This document shows positions 37,641 to 48,640 of a DNA stretch of 64,000 nt, one piece after another. The stretch lies in the NCBI RefSeq assembly GCF_030684315.1, contig NC_081399.1, positions 6,186,113 to 6,250,112 of the forward strand, given 5' to 3'. This DNA is from Stegostoma tigrinum (lineage: Eukaryota). The position numbers were made by a program, and so were the translations under genes. Each line of letters begins with the position of its first letter. Position 1 is the first letter of the stretch. A model generated the notes under the pieces. It did no database searches and had not been told where the DNA came from. It saw nothing but the letters and a program-made list of their open reading frames with translations.

Positions 37641-40102
37641 TGAATTTATTACCATAAGATATTGGAACATAATCAGGTCTTTCAGACCATCAAATCTGTT
37701 CCACTATTCGATCATAGCTGATATGTTTCTCAATCCATTCTTTTTCCTTTACTAATCAAGAACGCATCTATCTCTGTCTTAAAAGATACTCAATGATTTG
37801 GCCTACAGTTCCTCTGCAGCAATGTGTTTTACAGATTCATCACCCTCTGGCTGGAGAAATTCCTCCTCACCTGGATTCTAAAGTGTCGCACCTTCACACG
37901 TGCCCTGTCTCCTCGTGGAAATATTGTCTCCAATTGTAGAAGCGAATGTGGCCACATGAGGTTGCCATTCACCACGTGTTCCCTGAAATGTAACCGTCCC
38001 TCAGCACAGGGGACATGGATTATTTTCAAAGCATGCATTGACTGCTGGAAACACTGATTCCTGAAAAGGCTATGGAATCTGACAACATTTCAGCCTGAAG
38101 ACTGGTGCTCCAGAAATTGCTGCTCCCCTAGCCAAACTGTCAAGTATAGTTACTGACATCACTCTGACAATGTGGAACGTTGCCCAGGTATGTCCTACGC
38201 ATAATAAAAAGGGGGAATCCAAGACAAAAAATTGTGACCTGTTATTCTTGATCATCAATAATGCGGTGCTAAGTGTCATCATCACTGCTGTCAAACAGAT
38301 CCCAGTCAAAATAACCTGCTCATTGACTCCCAGTTTGCGTTCTGCTGGGGTGCCATCTTCTGACCTCATTACAGTCTTGGTTCAAACATGGACAAAAGAA
38401 CTGAATTCCCCAGGTGAGTTGAAAGTGACGGCCCTTGATATCAATGCTGCATTTGATCGACTGCGGCAGCACGCAGCCCGAGTAAAACTGAAATGAGAAA
38501 CCACTCTTAGGGTTTTTTCTCAGTGTTGTTCAACATGGAGGAGTACTGATTCATTGGATGAGGGAGGACTGTATGTGATAATCAGAAGACGGTTTCCTTG
38601 CCCATATATAACCTGTAACCGCGAGATTTCATGGAGTCTGCAGCAAATGTTGAGAACTCCCTGGACATATAAAGGTAAAATCATTCTGGCGCGCGGGACA
38701 TTTTCCATAAGGTATGATTCTGTGAGCATGACTAATTCAGGCTGTTGTTAGACTAGCCTCTGAGACAGCTCTCCCAATTTTGGCAATAGGTGCGGATGTT
38801 ACTAAGGACGATTTTACAGGGTTGTTTTTGATAGTTCACAGAAATGTCTAAAGGACTTAACCTCCAACGCCACCCCCACCTTCCCACCGCATTCCTGAAA
38901 AAAGGGAATGGAGAAAGGAGCCATGCATTGAAGAATTGTTATGTTTCCACAATTGCTTGACTTAGATCCTTAAGCACCTCTCTACGTTGGTTAAATACAC
39001 AGCAGTTATTACAACTGGAGTTTCACATCAGCATTGTCAGAGTATATATGGTAGAATCGATTTTTAAACCATAAGGAGCAAATGTGGGCCATTCACCCCA
39101 TCGAGTTTGTTCCACCATTCAATGAAATCATGGTTGATCTTATTATCCTCAACTCTGTTTTACTGCCCTTTTCCCATAACACTTGATTCCCTTCCTGATT
39201 AACAATCCATCTGCTCGATTATAGACATGCATTTACAGTGCATTTATGAGGCTTTCTGCGTGATGTTTCATGTTTCAAGGAAAGACCCAGGCACATACTT
39301 TCAGTGGATGTAACAACAGCATAACCATAAACGTCGTCCCTACTGGTAAATTGTGATTTATTGTTTCCACATCCGCTGTGTCCTGCTTTCATTACCTCCT
39401 TCCTTCTGTTCTCCAATTCCCACAGAATTCTCCTCTTACTTGTTGGTTCATCGTGATTTCCTCCACTACATTGTCTCTCATGCCAGAGACTGAGATTTTT
39501 GGTATCCTGTTTGAGCAGTTTTGTTTTAAGGATGCAGAATGCTTTTTGGTCATGCTCGAGATACCTGTGATTCCCATGTATACCATCCCAATTGCTTCCA
39601 GCACTTCAACGCTCAATATAATCAGGACCCCATCTCCCAAAGCCGTGTTGATTTAAAATTCCATTTGAAAACCCTTTTCGTGCTGAGCTTTTTACCTGAT
39701 AAATGTGATTCCTTGCACAGTGTTTCAGTAATATCAGAGTGCCATGCAGGAATTTCTTATGAATAAAGGTTAATCAGATTGAGATTATACTCACTGGAGT
39801 TTAGAAGAATAAGAGATGATCTCATTGAAATTTAAAGGATTCTTAATGGGCTTGACAGCGTGAATACTGAGAGGATGATTCCCCTCATGGGAGAGTCCAG
39901 GACCACAGTGCATTTTCCCCGAATAAAGGAACACTAATTTACGACTGAGGAGGAGGAATTTCTTCTCTGAAAGGGTTGTAAATCTTTTGAATTCCTTGTC
40001 ACATGGAGCTCTATGATGGATCCTTGCAAGTATTTATGATTGAAAGCGATAGATTCTTGATCAGTTGGAGAATTAAGGGTTACGGGAAATGATCAGGAAT
40101 GT

Positions 40103-41133
40103 ACCTATCCAGGTACATTCCTAAGGCCCTTGCTCCCTTGTACAGTTGCATTCTTTACTCACCTGCACAGGTACATTATACTAAACTCCCTACTCTCAAT
40201 AACACTTATCCCTTCAATTGAATTACAACTTTTCATGATAAGTTTCAAGGGAAAAATGTTTAAATGATTAAATAAAGATAAAATTGAGAATAGCTGGCAC
40301 TTGAAGATCTGACTCAGATTCGATGGTCATCTCACTAGGTCGAGCCCGATGGGAATAACCCAACGAGTGCGATCAAGTGCCTGATATTAGTACCATTCTG
40401 CTACTTCATAATTAACGCTACTTCATAATCCTTTCAGAACCTTTTCAAACATTCCTTTCTGCAGAACATCTTAGTTTGTCACTTCGAGGCGGCTTCGTGA
40501 TGAATACAATGCTGCAAAATAATCAGGCGTGGGCACCTTCAGATGTTTTATTATGTGACAGATAGGTTCTGGAGTTTTAATTCAAATAATTAAAAAAGCC
40601 TCAAACTTGAACAAGTTTTACATTTTTTGACGTGTTATATTAAGCATAATCAATATTCTTCTTCAAGCTGAAATGGTGCGTTTGTTGCTGCAGCTGCAAT
40701 TTAGATGGGCTGTGAGCGATGCTGCCCTTCTTTACACTGAATCCCTGGCACGTTTACACCTCAAATAGGATAGCAGTGCCCAACCACTGACCCAGGGAAG
40801 GCCTTAATATCCATCTGTTTAATACACAAACACAGAAACAACTTTGAGGGAGAAAGATGTTGAAATGTCTTTTCATTCATTCATCCTGAGACCACATAGC
40901 TTTTATTTCTGCACCCAAAATTGGTTTAGTTCCTAACGTTACATTTTACCTTTATTTTGTCCCCGTAATTATTTAAACATTTGTCCCTTGAAACTCATCA
41001 TGAAAAGTTGTAATTCAATTGAAGGAATGAGTGTTATTGTGAGGAGGGAATTTAGTACAATATACCTGTGCAGGTGAGTGAAGAATGCAACTGCACAGGA
41101 GAGCAAGGGCTTTAGGAATGTACCTGGATAGGT
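40103..41133. repeat. 168-bp inverted repeat pair (40103-40270 / 40966-41133)
   Basis: The arms align by eye as reverse complements with scattered mismatches. Confidence 0.85.
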
Positions 41134-41249
41134 GATTAAAGGTGCTGTGAAGTTGCCTGTACAGGTGAGTGAGGTGTTTGGAAATACACCTTCATGTTTA
41201 ATTGAGAAAGAGATAAATATGAACAGCAGTTCAGCAGGTCATGGGGAAC

Positions 41250-43380
41250 AAAAGGCCATTACAGATTATACGGTGAAAAATAAAATACTTTGACAGAGGC
41301 ATACAAGTTACATTGCACTGGGCGATGCGAGGCAAAATCAATATTAAAACGTTCAGCATTATTGAAAGTTAGAGAGTCCTTTCATCAGTCTAATAACAGC
41401 AGGGAAGAAGCCGTTCTTTAACCTGCTCTTGCGTATATTCAAGTTTCTATATCTTCTGCCTGATCAAAAAAGTTGTAGGCGAGGATTATCGAGGTGAGAT
41501 AGGGCTTTGATTTTGTTGACAGCCTTTCCACGACAGCGAGAAGTGAAAATGGAGGCCATGTGTGGGAGGTTGACTTCTGTGATGGTCTGGCCTGTGCACA
41601 CAACCTCCTGAAGTTTCTTACTGTCCTGGGCAGAGCAGTTGCCATACCAGGCTGTCATGCACCTGGACAATATGCTTTCTATTGCAATGGAAAGTTGGTG
41701 ACTGCCATTATGGGCATACCAAATTTCCTCAGCCACTTGAAGATGAATAGGCATCGTTGTGCTTTCCTGACTGTCACATCTATGTGGAAAGTCCAGGACA
41801 GGTTGTCAGTTAACGTCACTCCTAGGAATTTGAATCTCTCAAACCTCTTAACCTCTGCTCTGTTGACATTTTGGGCATATGTTGTCCTCCTTTCTTTCTA
41901 AGGTCAATGATCTTTAGTTTTGCCAACGTCAAGAGAGGTGTTGTTATCACTGCACCAAGCCACCAAGCCCTCTATCTCTTTTCTGCATTCATATTAATCA
42001 TTGTTTGCTATCCATTCTAACATGGTGGTGTCGTCAACAAACTTGTCGGCGGTGTCCATTTGGAATTTGGCAACATGGTCGCTGGTGTACTGGGAGTACA
42101 GCCGATGGACTGAGGCATCCCTGGGAGGTTCCAGTGTTGACTGTTACTGCGTAAGAGGTTCAGTTGTCTATATTCACGTATTGTGATCTTTGGGTCAGAA
42201 AACTGAGAATCCAGTTCATTGGACGGAGCTGAAATCTCGGTGCCAGACTTTTGAGATGAGTCTGGAGGAGATTAGATTAGATTCCCTGCAATGTGGAAAC
42301 AGGCCCTTCGGCCCAACAAGTCCGCACTGCCCCTTGAAGCATCCCACCCTGACCCATCCTCCTTTCACCCACACACCTCTGAACACTACGGGACAATTTA
42401 GCATGGCCAATCCACCTAGCCTGCACATCTTTGGACTGTGGGAGGAAACCGGAGCACCCAGAGGAAACCCACGCAGACACAGGGAGAATGTGCAAACTCC
42501 ACACAGACAGTCGGCCGAGGTTGGAATTGAACCCAGGTCCCTGGTGCTGTGAGGCTACAGTGCAAACCACTGAGCCACCATAGATATTGGTGTTGAATGC
42601 AGAGTAGTCTGTGAGCAAGGCTTTGACAGAGGTGTCGTTGCTGTCCAGCTACTCCAGGCAATGGCGTCCTCTGTGGACCTGTTACATTTGTAGGCAAATT
42701 GTAGGGGACCGAGACAGGCTGGGTTACTGGAATTGATGTGGGTCATGACGAGCCTCTTGAAGCACTTCATGATTATACAGGCCACAGCCACTGGTCGCTT
42801 GTATAAAGGCACATTGCACATGCTTTCCTATGTACTGTGATCATGGTGATCTTCTCGAAGCAGGTGGGTATTTCAGCTCGTGGGTTGGTGTGTTTGAGGA
42901 TTTCAGTGCATACATCTGTTATTTCGTCCACACAGGACCTACGTGGTCAGCTGAAGCCTGTTGCTTTCCTTGGATTGACTCCCATGAAGACTGATCTGAT
43001 GTTTGCATCAGTGACAGTGGGCACAGGTCATCTGGAGCTATTGGGGCAGATAACACCACACCGCTGGCATTCTGCTGGAATCGAGCATAGAAGGTACTGA
43101 GCATAGCAGGGAGGAACGTGTCTCTATCTGCCATTGTGTTCTGCTTTATTTTGCATTCCATTATATTCTTTCAGCTTTGCCACGGGGTGGCAGAAGTCTG
43201 CCTTGTTAGTTTGGGCCTCTAACCTGGCCCGGTTATGCTTCTTGGCATCCCTGATAAATTTGCAGAGGTCATTTCTGGAGTTTCTGTATGTATCTGGGTC
43301 GTGTGACTTAATTGTTGTGAACATACTGATACAGGAGACTGAGGGATTGGTAATATGCTTCAACATGTCAGTCAATGCAT
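41250..43380 (-). mobile_element. Decayed Rex1/Babar-type LINE
   Basis: Fragments [33 protein letters not shown] and IESILSRCMTAWYGNCS. Boundaries are approximate. Confidence 0.7.
42270..42580 (-). mobile_element. HE1-type V-SINE inserted into a Rex1/Babar LINE
   Basis: Reverse complement of the 4273 SINE family, with an (AATCT)n tail. Confidence 0.85.
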
Positions 43381-43399
43381 CGTGAATGCATTTCTACAA

Positions 43400-44010
43400 G
43401 TGAATGGGGGATTTGAGAATGAATCTGAGCAGGTGAGTGAAGGTGCTGTGAATATAATATACAGGTTAATGAAAGGATTAGCAATGTACCAGCATGGCTG
43501 GGTGAGACATTTCAGAATGTACCTATTCAGGTGAGCAAGGTGGTCGCAAATGTACCTGTGCAGGTGTAGGAGGGTGTTAGGAATAATCTTGTACTGGTGA
43601 ATGAGACTGTTGGGAATGTACTGATCAGGTGAGTGCACGAATGAGAATGTACCTTAACTGGGTAGTAAAGGTGTTGTGAGCTTGCTTATTCAAGTCAGTG
43701 AACACATTTTGAATACACATGTGCAATACGTGAGGGAGTTGGAAATGTACCTGCACAGGTGGGTGCTGGAGTTGTGAATGTGCCTGTACAGGTCAGTCAG
43801 GGAGGCTAAGATTTAACTGTACACAACAGTGAGGTGTTTGGGGATGAACCTGTACAAGTGAATTAAAGGTTTGGGAATATATTTGTACAGCTGAATAAGG
43901 GGGTTATGAATGTGACAGTACAGGTGAATGAAGGGCTTTTGAACCTACCTGTACATAAGAGTGGTGGAGCTAAGTTGTTTTTCCAGGTGTTCAAGTGGGT
44001 TGGAATGCTC
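43400..44010. repeat. Degenerate ~32-33-bp tandem repeat (GGAATGTACCTGTACAGGTGAGTGAGGGTGTT-like); further copies at 41040-41200
   Basis: Recurring AATGTACCTG..CAGGTGAG. The array is split by the Rex LINE. Confidence 0.7.
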
Positions 44011-45681
44011 CAGAATTGAAAATTTAATACTTGGTCGTCATTACATTGGGAAGTTAAGGTGTTCAAGCTTCTTCTCCAGGCTGAACATCCCCTGGAGAAT
44101 TGTGACTGCTGGGTTGAAAATTCACCAGAACATATTGGGCATTGGTTTAACATAAAAAGCATAAAGGAAACTTTATTTGCTCACCACAGCCGTGACAATT
44201 ATTTCTCCCTCTCAGCTCTGAGTTTCAAGAGCACAAAATCTTTTTGATTGGTCCACCACTTGTGCTGAGCCAGAATTTTCAATACACCAATGCTAATATC
44301 GAAAATACATGTCCCCAGAAGTGTGTGAGTAGTTCAATTAGTTAAAACTTGATCAAGGAATGAAGAAGGTGTTTTGAAAAATACTCAAAGCAGTTTGAGT
44401 CTGCATGCATTGATTTTTTTTTGCTATTGACCAGAACCTTCCTCAAGGCACCGTTTGATTTGATTTATTATTATCACATATACCTAGATACGGTGAAAAG
44501 TGTTGCTTGTGTGCTAGCGAGGCAAATCATACCTTACTTTAGCACATCAGAATAAGACAATAGAATGCAGAATATAGTGTAACAGCAACAGAGAAGGCAC
44601 AGAGAAAGAACAACTTCAAATTATGAGATATTTGCTCAAAACTCATATAACAGCGGGGAAGAAGCCGTTCTTCGATATGTTGGTAAGTGTTTTCAAATTT
44701 CTGCATCTTCTGACCAGTGGAAGAGGGTGGAATAGAATCGAAATGGTGCTGTCGAAAACTGAGTCCTGAGAATGGCGTGGAGGGCATGGGCGGTGATGAT
44801 GGACTGTCATTGACTCGAGAATCCTTACCAAGAGCTGAGAGTGAAAAGATGTGTTGAATGCTATTTCTCTGCACTCCCCATTCTCTGATTATATACCTGG
44901 TCGCAGGAAACATATAATGAGCAACTTCCGGTCAAGGTGGTGGCAGAGTAGGAGTTCCTACACTCCTGTTTATTTCTCGTTTCCTCCTGTTCCTTTCCCT
45001 TTTCTCTCCTTTTTCATGTTTTCCGCTCTTTTGGTGTTCGCCTCCCCAGTGGCAGGTCATTGCTGGTCTCGGAGGCTCGCCGTCAGTCATGGCTTGGCCT
45101 CTTATCAGCTTGTGGCAGGTCCCAGTTTGGCCTTGGGGTAGCTCTTATCCCAGTCTCTCGGCGATCCGTGGCGAAGTCTCCGCTCGGCTTTTGAGAGGAT
45201 CCGGCCCGGATATTTTCCTGGAACTCCGGAGAGTTTGGAGAGGCAGTAGCTTCAGCAAAAATGGCGATGCCTGCAGAAGCGTCATCAGGAACAACTGCTG
45301 AGATCGACTGGAAACAGAGACATGTGGAGGACTCATCAAAGGCTGTCGAAGTTTTAACGTTTTCCTTCATTTTCCTTGTTTAAACGGCTAAAGGCATTAA
45401 TGTTAACTATTACATTAGTTTTCAACTATTCTTTGAAATAATGTTAAACATTTTAACTCTCGTTTCTCTTAACACTTGTCTCCTCAGTTTTGTTCGCACT
45501 GAAGCATCTTGGTACCTAAGAAGGCACTCTGTGTGGCGATGTGTTACAGTTTTTTCCGTACTCCTGCATTTCTGTAGCTGAGAACAAGCGACAATTAAAT
45601 CAAAATAATGATATGAATACAATCGTCTGGCCCCATCTGTTGGTGGAGAATGCGAAATGAATTCCACTGGGATTGGATGCA

Positions 45682-45720
45682 GGTTTTTGCAGCTACCGAG
45701 ACACGTCCTCAAACGTTGTG
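45682..45720 (-). other. 23-RSS of V4
   Basis: CACAACG (45714-45720), 23-nt spacer, GCAAAAACC. Confidence 0.9.
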
Positions 45721-46012
45721 CTGCTACGCGCGCAATAATAGACAGCAGCGTGAGATTGAGAGGCGTCTCTCAGTTCCAAATTAAACTGTGTTTCACTGGT
45801 TCGTTTACCCTGGTAAGGCTCAGATGTGTAATTTGTAACAGCTCCTGTTGTAGCAGAGTAGAATAAAGCTTCTATTGCCCGGTCTGCCTTCTGTCTGTAC
45901 CAGTACATAGATCTGTAATCGATATTCTTCAGCATGCATTTGATTGTTACCGAGTCCCCTTCTGCAACTGAAACGGTGGATGGTGACTGCTCCACATAGG
46001 AGGCCAGATTCC
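45721..46012 (-). CDS. TRBV: TCR V exon V4 (family B)
   Basis: Acceptor TTCGACAG|GG. Frame NLASYVEQSPSTVSVAEGDSVTIKCMLKNIDYRSMYWYRQ...HAAVYYCARS. Confidence 0.9.
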
Positions 46013-46554
46013 CTGTCGAATATAAATGGGACTTGATTCAAACTTCTGACAAGAATTCATCAGGACATCTCAACAGAGAATTTCCAAACCCATAAAACCT
46101 GATACAATAAAAGAAAAAGGTAAAGCACATTTCAAGCATTTTGTATTCAGGTTGCGTAATTGTCAGGTTACTGTGAAAATTCATGCCAACAGTTTTAAGC
46201 AAATCCAGATCCAATCACAGCAATGCTTAATGACAAGTGCATATGTTCTTCTTAAAACGTTGTTCCAGGTTGAAATTTTGGATCAGCACCGGCTTTTGTC
46301 CAAAGAGGCCTTCTTAACGTTTCTCTCGGATTGAAGGGCACAGTTCGGTTTAACGTTATGTGTTCACAATGAATCTTGCAAATGTAAAAGGTTCTTTCGG
46401 TAATGACGCGCATAATGTCAGACTTGACTTCCAGCTGCAGGACCTGGACTGAGAATCGGTCCTATGATTCAAGAACAGACGAGCGAATGCAACCAAGTGA
46501 ACTATAGCACATTCGACAATACGCTATTCCATTCAAGTTGTGACCTTAACTAAC

Positions 46555-46624
46555 CTGTGAACAGTGGAACTATGCAGGTGAGCCAACAGACTTCGTACAA
46601 TATGATTCTGTTGTTTAACTCCAT
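46555..46624 (-). CDS. V4 leader exon; ancestral ATG changed to ATA (46603), in-frame upstream ATG at 46624
   Basis: MELNNRI-ILYEVCWLTCIVPLFT; donor ACAG|GTTAGT; aligns with the V5 and V7 leaders. Confidence 0.75.
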
Positions 46625-46696
46625 CTCCTTCTGTTTGCAGAGTTCAGTCCAATGACACCTGTGAAGGCACCTTATCTGATGCGTCTGATTAAATAC

Positions 46697-46705
46697 ACCA
46701 CATCC
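46697..46705 (-). promoter_or_regulatory. ETS:RUNX composite site in the V4 promoter
   Basis: GGATGTGGT directly 5' of TATA-like GTATTTAATC. Homologous sites: ACCGGATGTGAT at 60105-60116 (V7) and ACCGAATGTGAG at 53166-53177 (V5). Confidence 0.5.
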
Positions 46706-48164
46706 AGTTGTTGTCTCTTATTCAAAATAATTTGCTGCGAAACTTAAACCCCAGTTCACTATAGTTCTTGAAGACTCATTGGATGGTAGATGACTGGGCG
46801 GAGTTTATAGCAGAGCTCGAATTCCAAGAGGTTTTGTAGTCTGTTGTCAGTAAGAAAATTCTGACATTGAAGATGACGCAGGATAAGCTGTTTAGAGTGT
46901 AATCTGTGCAAGAAGATAGATGTTTGCCTATTGAAATATTCAGATCTGAAATGCATGGTCTGAAAGTATGGCCTGACCAGAAAGTCAACAAATTTCAAAA
47001 CAGATTTTGATGAATATGTGAAACAAGAAATGACAGGAATGGGGGAGAATGGTGTGGGGAGAAATGAAATGAATACCCTGAGCAAGACTGGTACTATGAA
47101 TACGTACCAGAACTGATAAACCTGATATTTAAGGGAGAAACAATCTTTGACAAGAGTTTGGTGAGCACTTCTTTAATTCTTCCTTGGGGTGTGGCTGAGC
47201 TAGCATTTATTGCGCATCCGGATTTTGTTATTTTTACTAAATCACAGACTGAGGGCATCGCCAGCTCAGCAGGATTTATCACATCTCTAATTTTCTGGAG
47301 GACTTCCAGTGAAAATTATTTTGCAATAGGTAAGAAGTCACATGGAAGTCAGAGGAAGGAATGGCATTTGTGAAACAGTTGGGTTATTCCAAAAGTAGAC
47401 AATTGCTTCATGGTCATCCTTAGACCCCTAATTCCAGATTCCTATTCATTGAACTCGAACTATAACATTTGCTGTGGTCGGATTGAACCAGAGTGCAGAG
47501 GCATCTCTGTTTCTCCCAGAACAGTCCAGCTGTAATACCATGAGGCGTGGACGCACTGTTTGGTGAGACAAATCTGCAAGAAAGATGAGATGCTCTGGTA
47601 TTCTGGGTACAGAGCTTGCATTATTTGACACACTGTGGAGTGTCTGGATGATCTGCACATTTTGAGAGCAGTACGACAGGCGAGAACATAGCAAACTGAT
47701 TTCAGTTGGACAAGGGATGGTCATCAAAGGCACAGATTTCCACTAATTTGAAAAGTAATTAGATATTGGAGGGAGATCATGTGATTCTCGAGAGTTACTG
47801 AAGGAATAGGCTGGGAATTTTCTTTGTGAACAACAATTTGTAATGAACTTTCAAGCATGCTGAAAGTCTTGGAAGCAGGAACAATGATAATGTTAGAAAG
47901 GTGCAAGGAAGTATGTGAAAGGAAACGATTCACTGAATCGTAAGTCAAGAACAAAGGGAGGTTGAGATCAACAGAATAGTTTTCCGAAACATCTGGGAAA
48001 GAAAATATGGCGTAACTTCCATTTTGTGTACTTCCTCTTCTCTAATTATCAATCTGGCGATACAAAATGTGCCATGAACATCAATCGCCTGCCCCCACCT
48101 TGTGGGGGGGGGGCGGGGGGGGTGGGTTGGAAATGGGTCCTAAACGTGCCCGGAATCGAATGCA

Positions 48165-48203
48165 GGTTTTTATAGCTGCAAAGACATTTCCTCAAACGCT
48201 GTG
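48165..48203 (-). other. 23-RSS of V5
   Basis: CACAGCG (48197-48203), 23-nt spacer, ATAAAAACC. Confidence 0.92.
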
Positions 48204-48495
48204 CTGCTGCACGCACAATAATAGACAGCCATGTGAGATGGAGAGGCCTCTCTCACTTCCAAACTAAACAGTGTTTCACCGGGTCTTTTAGCCTGGTAAG
48301 GCTCGGACGTGTAATTTGTAACGAAATCTTTTCCAGCAGAGTAGAACAAAGCTTCTATTGCCTGGTCCGGTTTCTGTCTGTACCAGTACATGCAGCTGTA
48401 AGCTGTATCTTTCAGCTTGCATCTGAGTGTAGACGAATGTCCTGCTGAAATCGACACAATGGATGGAGACTGCTCCACGTAGAAGGCCAGAATTC
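48204..48495 (-). CDS. TRBV: TCR V exon V5 (family B)
   Basis: Acceptor ATTCTTCAG|GA. Frame ILAFYVEQSPSIVSISAGHSSTLRCKLKDTAYSCMYWYRQ...HMAVYYCACS. Confidence 0.9.
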
Positions 48496-48640
48496 CTGAA
48501 GAATGTAAAGTAGAATACATTCAAATTTATAGCAATAATTCACCAAGACAACGGCTGGTTTAAATGGAGTAAATCCAGTAGCATATAACCTGTCAAAATA
48601 AAAGCACGTTTTAAACCAGGTTCCAAGCACTTATCATTTT

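Noticed and set aside
39353-39640. CACAGCG at 39374-39380 after an ORF ending ...EFCGNWR
   Set aside because: No acceptable nonamer at a 12 or 23 spacer and no V framework motifs.
40676-40800. RSS-like CACAGCC and trypsin-like words (VSGW / GHCY), given that trypsinogens flank TRB in other vertebrates
   Set aside because: Poor nonamer; the words lie in different frames with no exon structure; consistent with chance.
31480-44010. Tandem repeats considered as a CRISPR array or an Ig switch region
   Set aside because: Vertebrate DNA with degenerate units, no unique spacers or cas genes, and no constant exons or dense AGCT motifs.
44900-45350. CpG-richer stretch with short ORFs
   Set aside because: No recognisable domain; probably the 5' end of a repeat, but I cannot assign it without a search.
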